In this document: positions 18,685 to 27,656 of the stretch, piece after piece | Position numbering within the stretch: the first letter of the stretch is position 1 | How the letters are laid out: each line of letters starts with the position of its first letter | Assembly: GCA_964353785.1 (NCBI GenBank) | Contig: CAYGWK010000004.1 | Location: forward strand, 22,730-86,729 | Direction: 5' to 3' | Origin: an uncultured Gammaproteobacteria bacterium | GTDB taxonomy: Bacteria > Patescibacteriota > Microgenomatia > CAYGWK01 | DNA: 64,000 nucleotides | Notes under the pieces: model-generated | What the model saw: the letters and a program-made list of their open reading frames with translations, nothing else | Databases searched by the model: none | What the model was told of the DNA's origin: nothing | Translations under genes and position numbers: made by a program

Positions 18685-18758
18685 GGGCACGTAGCTCAGC
18701 TGGTTAGAGCGCGATTCTTATAAAATCGAGGTCCCTGGTTCGAGACCAGGCGTGCCCA
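18685..18758 (+). tRNA. tRNA-Ile with anticodon UAU (TAT)
   Basis: Manual cloverleaf: acceptor GGGCACG/CGTGCCC, D-arm TAGCTCAGCTGGTTAGAGC, anticodon stem CGATT/AATCG with loop CTTATAA, T-arm CCTGG-TTCGAGA-CCAGG; CCA not encoded. Confidence 0.8.
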
Positions 18759-18759
18759 C

Positions 18760-19632
18760 TTAAAGTTCCTCGAGTTTTACCTTTTCTGCCCCGGTTTTTT
18801 CTTTAACGAATTGAAGATATTTTTCGGTGGTTGAAAGTCTTTTGTGACCAGCCAGCTTTTGGAGTAAAACTACTGAGGCTCCGGAGGCTAAATGGTAAAC
18901 TAGCCAGGTATTTCTGAGATCATTAACCTTGGCATTCTCAATGCCGGCAATTCGAAAATAGCGGTCAATTGAGGTTCTAATGTTTCGGACCAATAAAGGT
19001 CTGCCGGTTTTGGTCACAAAAACGCTCTTGTTTTTGGTTTTTGGTCGCTCGGCTAAATACTGGTCTAAAGCAGCCTTGGCGACCTTGTTTAAAGGGATAG
19101 TTCTTTCGGATTGGGACTCGTAAGGTTTGATATAGATTTCACCCTCTTTGATATTAGAAAGTTCAAGTCTTGAAAGTTCCCCAATTCTTACTCCTGTTTG
19201 AAGCATCAGTTCTACCGCGGCGGCCATTCTCGCGTCTTGCCGGCAAGCATCCCGGAGAGCTCGATATTCCATTTTGGAAAGAATTCTTGGCGGTTTAACC
19301 TCGTATTTTGGATGAGAAACAGATGCGGCTGGGTCTTCGTCAACCAATCCTTGAGATTTCAAAAACCTAAAAAAGGTTTTAATTGAGTTGATTTTTCGGG
19401 AAATTGACTTTAAGGTATAGCCCTTTTTGGAAAAGTCTTCTTTGAACTGGTCAAGATGCTCACTTGTAATTGAGGTTACCTGGGTTATTTTTTTACCATC
19501 CAAAAAAGAAACCAGCTGCTCGATGTCTTTACCGTATGCTAAAATGGTAGAGATTGAACGCTTTTGGCTTTTTAAATATTCTACAAACTTTTCGTGAGCC
19601 AAAGTTAGAGAGGTTTGTTCGCCTGCCATAGT
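18760..19632 (-). CDS. tyrosine site-specific recombinase (XerC/XerD / phage integrase family)
   Basis: N-terminal SAM-like domain; C-terminal catalytic region with LAGH..R...Y (HxxR...Y) motif; stop codon 1 bp from the tRNA-Ile 3' end, convergent. Confidence 0.8.
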   Translation of the reverse strand, partial: TMAGEQTSLTLAHEKFVEYLKSQKRSISTILAYGKDIEQLVSFLDGKKITQVTSITSEHLDQFKEDFSKKGYTLKSISRKINSIKTFFRFLKSQGLVDEDPAASVSHPKYEVKPPRILSKMEYRALRDACRQDARMAAAVELMLQTGVRIGELSRLELSNIKEGEIYIKPYESQSERTIPLNKVAKAALDQYLAERPKTKNKSVFVTKTGRPLLVRNIRTSIDRYFRIAGIENAKVNDLRNTWLVYHLASGASVVLLQKLAGHKRLSTTEKYLQFVKEKTGAEKVKLEEL

Positions 19633-19672
19633 AAACGGCGCTATAATATCACTTGAGAGGATATCTGTCAAG

Positions 19673-20026
19673 ATGAGAAACAAACTAATTACTGGGATAC
19701 TCTTTCTTTTTGGTCTCTACCTCATAGTTTCTTTCTCTCGGGATATTTTGGATCTATATCAAAAAAGTAAAGAAATTGAAAAAGAACAGTTTAAACTTGA
19801 AGAACTTCAGGTTAAAAATGAAGAATTAAAAAAGCAACTTGAATATGTCAAAAGTCAGGAATTTTTGGAGAAAGAGGCGCGAGAAAAATTAGGGTTGGCT
19901 AAGGAAGGAGAGGCAGTCGTCATTCTGCCGGAAAATGTTGAGGAGTTAATCAGTGGTAATCAGCCTCAAATCAGCGCTAATCAGGAAGTTCCTAACTGGA
20001 AAAAGTGGCTCAAGCTTTTCTTTTGA
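19673..20026 (+). CDS. FtsB/DivIC-like septum formation initiator
   Basis: N-terminal TM, coiled-coil, AREKLGL motif typical of FtsB/DivIC. Confidence 0.65.
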   Translation: MRNKLITGILFLFGLYLIVSFSRDILDLYQKSKEIEKEQFKLEELQVKNEELKKQLEYVKSQEFLEKEAREKLGLAKEGEAVVILPENVEELISGNQPQISANQEVPNWKKWLKLFF

Positions 20027-20054
20027 AGCAGAATTTGGTATAATTCTTCTGTCA

Positions 20055-20127
20055 CGCGGGGTAGTGTAAAGTTGCACGGAAGGCTCATAATCTTCCAGCC
20101 TGGGCGCGATTCCCAGCCCCGCAACCA
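20055..20127 (+). tRNA. tRNA-like sequence with CAT anticodon and noncanonical T-loop (possible degenerate/unusual tRNA)
   Basis: Cloverleaf foldable by hand: acceptor CGCGGGG/CCCCGCA with C1:A72 mismatch, anticodon loop CTCATAA, T-loop CGCGATT lacks T54-T55-C56; encoded CCA; abuts the next tRNA with zero spacer. Confidence 0.35.
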
Positions 20128-20199
20128 GGCAGCGTAGCTCAGTGGTAGAGCGGTATCTTCATAAGATAATGGTCACAGGTTCAAATCCTGTCGCTGCCA
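20128..20199 (+). tRNA. tRNA with CAT anticodon (elongator Met or lysidine-type Ile2)
   Basis: Acceptor GGCAGCG/CGCTGCC, D-arm TAGCTCAGTGGTAGAGC, anticodon loop TTCATAA, T-arm ACAGG-TTCAAAT-CCTGT. Confidence 0.8.
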
Positions 20200-20202
20200 C
20201 TA

Positions 20203-20231
20203 ACTGCCTTTCATTTAGGGCAGTTTTTTTG
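20203..20231 (+). terminator. rho-independent terminator after tRNA
   Basis: Hairpin ACTGCC-N-GGCAGT followed by a T7 run. Confidence 0.6.
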
Positions 20232-20243
20232 TATCATAAACAT

Positions 20244-21230
20244 ATGGAAAAAAAGCGAGTTTTTTCAGGAACAAGACCAACTGGCAAACTTCACCTGGGT
20301 AATTATCTTGGTGGGGTAAAGGGTTATATTGCTTTACAAGAGAAGGGAGACCTTGATTGTATTTATGGAATTGTCGACCTCCACGCGATTACTTCTCCTT
20401 ATGAACCAAAAAAACTTCAACAAAATATCCGAGAGGTTGCCTTAGATTATCTTGGGGCTGGACTTGATCCTAAAAAATGCCACCTTGTGGTTCAATCCCA
20501 AGTTCCAGAACACCTGGAGCTTGCCTATCTTTTTGGAACAATTTATCCAGTTTCCCGAGTTGAGCAACTACCGACTTATAAAGAAAAAAAATTAGAACAA
20601 CCAAATTATATAAATGTTGGACTTTTTTACTATCCGATTTTAATGGCGGCTGATATTTTAATTTACAAAGCCGAGCTTGTACCGGTTGGGATTGACCAGG
20701 AGCCTCATTTGGAAATAACTCGAGAGATAGCCCGAAAGTTTAACCAGATGTTTGGAAAATTATTCCCCGAACCACAAAGATTTGCTACGCCCGGTGAGTC
20801 TGTTCCTTCTTTAAGTGGCCAGGGAAAAATGAGCAAAAGCATTCCCGGAAGTTATATTTTGTTGACTGATGATTTGGAAACGATTAAGAGCAGGCTGGCT
20901 GGAGCTCCAACTGATATTGGCAAAGGAGAAAAGGTTCCTAAAGAAGGAGGAGTGGTGAATTTACTGACTTTAGTTGAACTATTTCAAGGAAAAGAGGCAG
21001 GAGAAAAATACGAGAAACAATATTTGGGAACTGGGATAAAATATTCAGAACTTAAGGAAAAACTGGCCGAAGCGATTTATAAAGAATTAAAACCGATTCA
21101 AGAAAGACGAAAATATTTTGAGGAGCATCCGGAGGAAGTTGATAAAATTTTAGAGGAGGGCCGAGTTTATTGCTCAAAAATCGCCAAAGCCACCCTTCTT
21201 GAAGCCAAAAAGGCGACGGGATTGATTTAA
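20244..21230 (+). CDS. trpS: tryptophan--tRNA ligase
   Basis: TGKLHLGNY (HIGH-type) and KMSKS motifs; start moved to MEKKRVFSG because the ORF-track start lies inside the tRNA. Confidence 0.9.
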   Translation: MEKKRVFSGTRPTGKLHLGNYLGGVKGYIALQEKGDLDCIYGIVDLHAITSPYEPKKLQQNIREVALDYLGAGLDPKKCHLVVQSQVPEHLELAYLFGTIYPVSRVEQLPTYKEKKLEQPNYINVGLFYYPILMAADILIYKAELVPVGIDQEPHLEITREIARKFNQMFGKLFPEPQRFATPGESVPSLSGQGKMSKSIPGSYILLTDDLETIKSRLAGAPTDIGKGEKVPKEGGVVNLLTLVELFQGKEAGEKYEKQYLGTGIKYSELKEKLAEAIYKELKPIQERRKYFEEHPEEVDKILEEGRVYCSKIAKATLLEAKKATGLI

Positions 21231-21557
21231 ATGAATACACTTTCTTTTTCTGATTTTCAAAAAATAGACCTTCGGATTGGTAAAGTTTTGCAGGCGGAAA
21301 AAGTTTTAGAAAGTCGGCATTTAATAAGAATGAAGATTGATTTGGGAGAAGAAAAACCAAGAAATATTTTGGCAGGAATTGGCGAGTGGTATGAGCCTAA
21401 AGATTTAATTGGCAAAAATTTTATTTTTGTTACAAACCTCCAGTCTAAAAAAATGCTAGGCGAGGAATCAAACGGGATGATTTTATGTGCTGACTTGGAA
21501 GGAAAGGCTATTTTAGTTCCTGCTCCTGATGTTCCTCCAGGAACAATCGTCAGATAA
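21231..21557 (+). CDS. tRNA-binding domain protein (Trbp111/CsaA/MetG-C-like OB fold)
   Basis: DLRIGKV...A...KL.IDLGEE...I..GI motif pattern of the tRNA-binding OB domain. Confidence 0.7.
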   Translation: MNTLSFSDFQKIDLRIGKVLQAEKVLESRHLIRMKIDLGEEKPRNILAGIGEWYEPKDLIGKNFIFVTNLQSKKMLGEESNGMILCADLEGKAILVPAPDVPPGTIVR

Positions 21558-21602
21558 AACTCTTCCAAAAACTGGGTTTTTCTGGTATAATTTTAGTTTG
21601 AG

Positions 21603-23462
21603 ATGGCGAACAACAAAAAAATTACTCGGCGGTTTGAATTCCGGCTTAACCTTAACCCCAAAAATATAATTATCTGGACCTTGGTTTTTATTCTTGGTCT
21701 TTCTCTTTTTCTTTCATTTTTAACCAGCGGCCCTCAAACAGGGGAGGAGATTTCTTTATCGACGGCTTTAACTGATATTAAAGAGGGAAAGGTAAAAGAA
21801 ATTTTGGTTGAGGGAGACAAACTCGTTTTGACTTATAAAGAAAAAGATAAAATCTCTTTTACCCAGAAAGAGACCGGCGATAAAATTAGCGAGGTTTTAT
21901 CCTCGGCTGGAATTGACCCAACTTCTGTTGGGCTTAAAATTAAAGATCAATCTCTTTCCCGGATTTGGGTTGATATCCTGGGAACAATTTTACCTTTGGC
22001 CTTGATGGCAATTTTCTTCTTTTTTATTATCCGCCAAGCCAGAGGAGCTCAAGATTCAATTTTCTCTTTTGGTCAAAGTAAGGCTCGTCTTTTTGCCAAA
22101 GGCAGACAAAATATTACTTTTAAAGACGTCGCCGGTGTTGACGAGGCAAAAAAAGAACTTGAGGAAGTGGTTGATTTTCTAAAGCATCCGGTGAAATACC
22201 ACTCTTTGGGAGCAAGAACCCCAAAAGGTGTTCTTTTAGTTGGTCCCTCTGGGTGTGGGAAAACTCTTTTGGCCAAGGCCGTCGCTGGGGAAGCCGGCGT
22301 TTCCTTCTTCTCTATGGCCGGTTCAGAGTTTATGGAAATGCTTGTTGGCGTTGGCGCCGCTCGGGTAAGAGATTTGTTCAATAATGCTAAAAGAGCAGCC
22401 CCATCAATTATTTTTATAGATGAGATTGACGCTATTGGCCGAATGCGAGGTTTGGGGATTGCTGGTGGACATGATGAAAGAGAACAAACCCTAAATCAGA
22501 TTTTGGTTGAGATGGATGGCTTTACTCCAAACGATAATGTTATTGTTGTTGCCGCCACCAACAGAGGTGATTTGCTTGATCCGGCTTTGCTTCGACCGGG
22601 AAGATTTGACCGAACAGTTGTTTTAGATATGCCGGATATGGAGGCCCGACGAGCAATTTTAAAGATTCATGCGCGGGGAAAGCCTTTTACTCCTGGCGTT
22701 GACTGGGATAAAGTTGCCAAAAGAACGGTTGGATTTTCTGGGGCGGATATTGAAAATATGTTAAATGAAGCCGCCATTCTGGCGGCTAGGGAGGGCAAAA
22801 GAGCAATTGAAATGGCAGAAATCGATGAAGCCGCTATTAAGGTTAAATTGGGACCGGCGAAAAAAAGACTCCAAACCGAAGAAGATAAAAAAATGACTGC
22901 TTACCACGAGGCCGGACACGCTATCGTTACCTCAAATCTTCCTCATATGGATCCGGTTTCTCGAATCTCAATTGTGGCTCGAGGTGTTTCTTTAGGTCAT
23001 ACTTTAATTCCCCCAACCCAGGACCGAACCCATGAGACAAAATCGCACTTGATGGAACAAATAACTGCCCTTTTGGGAGGTCGGGCAGCCGAAGATATTG
23101 TTTTTGAGGAGATGACCACCGGAGCGGCCAATGATATTGAGCAAGCAACCAGGATTGCTCGAGGCATGGTTATAGATTTTGGCATGAGCGATTTGGGACC
23201 AGTGAATTTAGGACCTCAAGTTGAATATTCAGATATGGGTAGGGCCCTTTGGATGGAGCCTTCGCAACTTTCTCCGGAAATGGCGTCCAAAGTGGACCGA
23301 GAAGTTAAAAAGATTGTTGATTTCTCATACGGGCAGGCTTTGGCGATTTTAAAGAAATCTCGGAAAAAACTTGACCTGGTCGCCGGAAGTTTAATTAAAA
23401 AAGAAACCTTAGAGCAAGAGGAATTTGAGAAATTGATGGGCAAGAAGACGGTTAAGGCTTGA
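21603..23462 (+). CDS. ftsH: ATP-dependent zinc metalloprotease FtsH
   Basis: N-terminal TMs, Walker [12 protein letters not shown] region, HEAGHA zinc-binding motif. Confidence 0.95.
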   Translation: MANNKKITRRFEFRLNLNPKNIIIWTLVFILGLSLFLSFLTSGPQTGEEISLSTALTDIKEGKVKEILVEGDKLVLTYKEKDKISFTQKETGDKISEVLSSAGIDPTSVGLKIKDQSLSRIWVDILGTILPLALMAIFFFFIIRQARGAQDSIFSFGQSKARLFAKGRQNITFKDVAGVDEAKKELEEVVDFLKHPVKYHSLGARTPKGVLLVGPSGCGKTLLAKAVAGEAGVSFFSMAGSEFMEMLVGVGAARVRDLFNNAKRAAPSIIFIDEIDAIGRMRGLGIAGGHDEREQTLNQILVEMDGFTPNDNVIVVAATNRGDLLDPALLRPGRFDRTVVLDMPDMEARRAILKIHARGKPFTPGVDWDKVAKRTVGFSGADIENMLNEAAILAAREGKRAIEMAEIDEAAIKVKLGPAKKRLQTEEDKKMTAYHEAGHAIVTSNLPHMDPVSRISIVARGVSLGHTLIPPTQDRTHETKSHLMEQITALLGGRAAEDIVFEEMTTGAANDIEQATRIARGMVIDFGMSDLGPVNLGPQVEYSDMGRALWMEPSQLSPEMASKVDREVKKIVDFSYGQALAILKKSRKKLDLVAGSLIKKETLEQEEFEKLMGKKTVKA

Positions 23463-23494
23463 CAAGAGATTAAAGAAAATGTTATAAGGTTTTC

Positions 23495-23518
23495 ACTGCC
23501 TGAAAAAGGCAGTTTTTT
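23495..23518 (+). terminator. rho-independent terminator after ftsH
   Basis: ACTGCC-TGAAAAA-GGCAGT hairpin followed by a T6 run; same stem family as the terminator at 20203. Confidence 0.6.
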
Positions 23519-23529
23519 GAAAGGAAAAG

Positions 23530-24075
23530 ATGGGACCAGAAATATTAAGTTTAGATTCACAACCAAGAGAAATTCCAAGAGCTCCGACTGAAAGTGTTCG
23601 AGCGCTTCTTGAGTCGGAAATAAATAAGGTTATTAATGGAGACCAAGAGGAGTACACAGTTTTAGTTGGTAGACGCGAATATCCTTCGGGTAGAGAGGTG
23701 ATCTTTCATCAGCTTCCTCGAAAAATAGAAATAGGTGGCGTAGAGAGAGTGGTTGACACCAAAGGAGTTGACGCTGCTTTTTGGCAAATTATTGGGGAGC
23801 GATTGGGAGTTGATTTCCCTCTGGTGATGGAATGTCTAGAAGACGAGTGGGATGAAAAGATAGATGAAGGTTATAATCACACCGTTTTTGAATGGCAATT
23901 TCCTACAACTATAGATAACATTTTAGTTGTCTTTAGGAAACACGTAGCTAGCATTGGAGAGATGGGTTGGGAATGGGCAGTAAGAAATACTCATCCTAAA
24001 GGACTTGGGACAAGAATTAAAGAAGGAGTTCGAAAAAGATTTGCTCGATTTCCAGTTATAATTTTTCCTTATTGA
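23530..24075 (+). CDS. hypothetical protein
   Basis: 181-aa ORF, no recognisable motifs. Confidence 0.45.
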   Translation: MGPEILSLDSQPREIPRAPTESVRALLESEINKVINGDQEEYTVLVGRREYPSGREVIFHQLPRKIEIGGVERVVDTKGVDAAFWQIIGERLGVDFPLVMECLEDEWDEKIDEGYNHTVFEWQFPTTIDNILVVFRKHVASIGEMGWEWAVRNTHPKGLGTRIKEGVRKRFARFPVIIFPY

Positions 24076-24088
24076 CCCGGAGACGAAT

Positions 24089-24553
24089 ATGGTAGAACAA
24101 GTAGCAGATAAAGAAAAAAGCCTAGAAGAAATTTTGGCTCTAACTTTGGAGACAATTCGGCCTGTATTGAGAGGAGATAAAAGAAAGACTAAGATTTTCA
24201 AAGATGGAGAAGATCCAGAATTTTATCCAGTTTCAGGTGTTGGACCAAAAACAGCCAGAGAGGTGGTTGAGAGATTGGCAAAAAAGTTAGGAGCTGATTT
24301 AACAACAGGAAAAGAGATCAGTTATGAACCGACCGACATCAGTGGTTCGATGGCAAGGGCTATTTATCATTATCCAACCAAGAGATTTACAAATATTTTC
24401 ATTACTGCGGAACTTATTAAACCCTGGGATGCTGGTTATTACCAGGTTGCAACCTGGGGAATTGAAAATCTTCATCCAAAAACGGAATTTCAGAAAATTA
24501 AAGAGAGAGTTCAAGAAATCTTTGGGGTAAGGGAACAGTATATTCAAGCCTAA
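24089..24553 (+). CDS. hypothetical protein
   Basis: 154-aa ORF, co-directional with the upstream ORF. Confidence 0.45.
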   Translation: MVEQVADKEKSLEEILALTLETIRPVLRGDKRKTKIFKDGEDPEFYPVSGVGPKTAREVVERLAKKLGADLTTGKEISYEPTDISGSMARAIYHYPTKRFTNIFITAELIKPWDAGYYQVATWGIENLHPKTEFQKIKERVQEIFGVREQYIQA

Positions 24554-24590
24554 AGTGATTCTTTTCTCCTAGTTGTGGTAAAATAGCCTC

Positions 24591-25532
24591 ATGAAGCGGT
24601 TTGTTTTAATTGACGGGCATGCAATCTTGCACCGCGCCTATCACGCTCTTCCTCCTTTAACTATTCGTTCTGGAGAATTGGTTAATGCCGTTTACGGATT
24701 TACAACCATGCTTCTTAAAGTGATTTCTGACTTGAAGCCTAAATATCTAGCCGTTGCTTTTGATAACCCAAAACCAACCTTTAGACAGATGGAATACGTG
24801 GGTTATCAGGCCCAAAGACCGGAGATGGAGGAGGAATTGAAAGGGCAAATTGAAAGAGTTTATGAAATGTTGACGGCGATGGGAATTCCTATATTTGAGA
24901 AAGAGGGCTTTGAGGCAGACGATGTTATTGGGACGCTGGCGGAAAAGGCGATAGGAGATAAGAGATATGCGATAAAAGAGGTAATCATTGTTACCGGCGA
25001 TCGGGACATGATGCAGCTGGTTGGACCAAAAATAAGAGTTTATGCGCCAATTAAAGGGCTTTCCGAAGCGCAATTTTTTGACGAAGAAAAGGTCGAGAGA
25101 GAAATTGGGGTTCGACCAGGACAGATTGTTGATTTTAAGGGTTTAACTGGCGATCCCTCGGATAATTATCCTGGGGTGCCGGGAATTGGACCAAAGACAG
25201 CCAGAGAACTTTTAGAAAAATTTAAGACTTTGGAAAAAATCTACAAAAGCTTGGATGAAGCCGGCAGATTTTTTAACCCAAGCGTGGTGGCAAAACTTGC
25301 CCAAGGAAAAGAATCAGCCCAGCTTTCTAAAAGGTTGGCGACGATTGTCACTGATGTTCCTTTAAAACTTGATTTGAAAAAATGTGAGTTTGAGTTTAGT
25401 GATAAAGAAAGAGAAAAGACTATTAAAAAACTTGAAGAATTAAGATTTAAAAGCCTGGTTGAAAGACTAAAAAAACCTGCAACTCAGAAAATACAGAGGA
25501 AGACAAGAGAGGGGCAATTAAAGCTGGTTTAG
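24591..25532 (+). CDS. stand-alone 5'-3' exonuclease (Pol I N-terminal / FEN-like PIN + H3TH)
   Basis: MKRFVLIDGHAILHRAYHALPPL start typical of the Pol I 5'-nuclease domain; acidic Asp clusters; H3TH segment GIGPKTA. Confidence 0.8.
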   Translation: MKRFVLIDGHAILHRAYHALPPLTIRSGELVNAVYGFTTMLLKVISDLKPKYLAVAFDNPKPTFRQMEYVGYQAQRPEMEEELKGQIERVYEMLTAMGIPIFEKEGFEADDVIGTLAEKAIGDKRYAIKEVIIVTGDRDMMQLVGPKIRVYAPIKGLSEAQFFDEEKVEREIGVRPGQIVDFKGLTGDPSDNYPGVPGIGPKTARELLEKFKTLEKIYKSLDEAGRFFNPSVVAKLAQGKESAQLSKRLATIVTDVPLKLDLKKCEFEFSDKEREKTIKKLEELRFKSLVERLKKPATQKIQRKTREGQLKLV

Positions 25533-25621
25533 CCATAAAAATGCTCCGCCTTGCGGCAGAGCATGATGGGGAAACCTTGCGGTCTCCCCGTGAGTGGTCT
25601 TGCCTTGCGGCAAGACCATAA
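25533..25621. repeat. cluster of four GC-rich hairpins sharing a CTTGCGG loop
   Basis: GCTCCGCC-TTGC-GGCAGAGC, GGGGAAACC-TTGC-GGTCTCCCC, GGTCTTGCC-TTGC-GGCAAGACC, CTTGAGTC-TTTC-GACTCAAG. Confidence 0.5.
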
Positions 25622-25696
25622 ATGCTTGAGTCTTTCGACTCAAGCAGGAGAAGTATAGCACAAAAAAAGAGGTTTGTCAAGTTTTTGAACGAAGAA

Positions 25697-26815
25697 ATGA
25701 AAAATTTAAAAGTGGTCCTGGTGCACGATTATCTTAAGGAATATGGGGGGGCGGAAAGAGTTCTCAAGGCCCTTCGCGAAATTTGGCCCGAGGCCCCAAT
25801 TTATACTGCTTTTTGTCTTAAGAATTCCGCCGCCGGAAGGGCTTTTGCTGATGCTAAAATAGTTGAATCCCGCTTTGCCCCTTTAATTAAATACAAAAAT
25901 CTTTATAGTCCTTTGCGTTTTTTAACTCCTTTAATTTGGAGAAGTTTTAATCTTTCGCAATATGATTTGGTTATTACTTCTGCGTCTTGGTATATCACCC
26001 GTGGATTTCGAGTTGGACCAAAAACTAAAGTGATTTGTTATTGTCATACACCACCAAGATATTTATATGGTTATCCAACCTCAATTGAGTGGCAAAGATA
26101 TTTACCGGTTAGGATTTATGGTAGCCTTATTGCTCATTTTTTAAGGCTTTATGATTATTCTTCAGCCCAAAAAGTAGATGAGTTTATCGTCAATTCTGAA
26201 AATGTTGCCGCCCGGGTAAAAAAATTCTATCGCCGTTCCTCAACGGTGATTTATCCCCCGGTTGAAGTTGAAAAAATTAAAAAAGCCACCGCTGGACTTA
26301 AACCCAAAGATTATTTCTTGGTTGCTTCTCGACTTGTTGGAGCAAAGGGAATTGAATTGGCGGCGGAGGTGGCTAAAAAAGCCAAAGCGAGAATAAAGAT
26401 CGTTGGCGAACCGGCCGGATTGCGCTGGTTTGGGGGAAAACTTAAAAAGTTGGAAAATCCCTATGTAGAATTTTTGGGTCGGATTCCCGATGGAGAACTT
26501 TATCGTTATTATGGCCAATGCAGAGCCTTTCTAGCTTTAGAAACAGATGCAGATTTTGGGATTACGCCAGTTGAAGCCATGGCCGCTGGTCGGCCAGTGA
26601 TTGCTTTTCGGGGTGGAGGATATTTAGAATCAGTAGTTGAAGGAAAAACCGGAGAGTTCTTCAATGAACCCACAGTAGAATCTTTAGTAGCTGTTTTGAA
26701 AGATTTTGACCCGCGAAAATACAAGAAAGACGACTGTATAGCCCAAGCCAAAAAGTTTTCTAAAGAGAGGTTTAAAAAAGAAATAAAGGAATTTGTGGAG
26801 AAAAATCATGCCTGA
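25697..26815 (+). CDS. glycosyltransferase family 4 (GT-B, group 1)
   Basis: N-terminal VLVHDYLKEYGGAERV and C-terminal E-x7-E region (FGITPVEAMAAGRPVIAF...E) typical of GT4. Confidence 0.75.
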   Translation: MKNLKVVLVHDYLKEYGGAERVLKALREIWPEAPIYTAFCLKNSAAGRAFADAKIVESRFAPLIKYKNLYSPLRFLTPLIWRSFNLSQYDLVITSASWYITRGFRVGPKTKVICYCHTPPRYLYGYPTSIEWQRYLPVRIYGSLIAHFLRLYDYSSAQKVDEFIVNSENVAARVKKFYRRSSTVIYPPVEVEKIKKATAGLKPKDYFLVASRLVGAKGIELAAEVAKKAKARIKIVGEPAGLRWFGGKLKKLENPYVEFLGRIPDGELYRYYGQCRAFLALETDADFGITPVEAMAAGRPVIAFRGGGYLESVVEGKTGEFFNEPTVESLVAVLKDFDPRKYKKDDCIAQAKKFSKERFKKEIKEFVEKNHA

Positions 26816-27656
26816 ATTGCCTGAAGTCGAAACTATCAGACGGAGTCTATCTGCCAGCATTGTTGGTAAGAAAATTACTGATATTCAGGTTTTGTTGGCA
26901 AAGCAATTCCAGGGTAAGAAAGAGGATGTTTTAGGGGCAAAAATAATTAGAATAGAAAGAAGAGGAAAGATTTTAAAGATTTCTCTTTCTAACGAAAAAA
27001 ATTTACTTATTCATTTTAAGTTGACTGGTCAATTAGTCTGGGTGCCAAAAGCCGGAGAAATCGTGACTTTGGGCCATCTAATTCCTTTTGCGGGCTCAGA
27101 GTTACCAGCCAAAACTACTCATGTAATTTTTGAAATTGATGGAGGACGGCTATTTTTTAATGATTTAAGGCAGTTCGGCTGGATTAAGGTGGTTGGAGAA
27201 TCAGATGAGCAGATAACTGAAAATCTGGGGGTAGAGCCTTTAACTAAGGAATTTACTGTTGAGAAACTGTCTTCTGTCCTCCAGTCATCTAGTCGTCCAG
27301 TTAAACTAGTGTTAATGGACCAAGAAAAGATTGCTGGAATAGGAAATATTTATGCTAATGAGGCTTTGTTTGAGGCAGGGATTTTGCCGACAAGGGAGGC
27401 AAAATCACTAAGAGACGAAGAAACTGAAAAACTGAGAAACTCGATCATTAAAGTTCTGGAAGACGGGTTAAAATACGGTGGGTCTTCAGCCGCGGACGAG
27501 GCTTATATAAAACCAACTGGTGAGGCTGGCGAATATCAAAAACACTTTCGGGTTTATCAGCGGCAAGGTCAGAAATGCCCTAAATGTGGAGGTGTAATCA
27601 AAAGAATTGAACTAGGCGGGAGGGGTACATTTTTCTGCCCAAGGTGCCAGAAATGA
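26808..27656 (+). CDS. mutM: formamidopyrimidine-DNA glycosylase (Fpg/Nei family)
   Basis: MPELPEVE N-terminus (catalytic Pro2, Glu3), H2TH region, C-terminal CPKCGG...CPRC zinc finger. Confidence 0.9.
   Translation: MPELPEVETIRRSLSASIVGKKITDIQVLLAKQFQGKKEDVLGAKIIRIERRGKILKISLSNEKNLLIHFKLTGQLVWVPKAGEIVTLGHLIPFAGSELPAKTTHVIFEIDGGRLFFNDLRQFGWIKVVGESDEQITENLGVEPLTKEFTVEKLSSVLQSSSRPVKLVLMDQEKIAGIGNIYANEALFEAGILPTREAKSLRDEETEKLRNSIIKVLEDGLKYGGSSAADEAYIKPTGEAGEYQKHFRVYQRQGQKCPKCGGVIKRIELGGRGTFFCPRCQK

Noticed and set aside
18760-23462. Possible prophage or integrative element extending rightward from the tRNA-adjacent integrase
   Set aside because: Genes to the right are core housekeeping genes (ftsB-like, tRNAs, trpS, ftsH), and no repeat of the tRNA 3' end was found by eye. 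The observation is kept only as a recombinase/tRNA finding.
23459-23487. TTGACA-17bp-TTATAA promoter-like sequence directly after the ftsH stop
   Set aside because: It is immediately followed by the ftsH terminator hairpin and only 40 nt from the next start. It could be real but is equally likely a coincidence of AT-rich sequence, so it is not listed as a feature.
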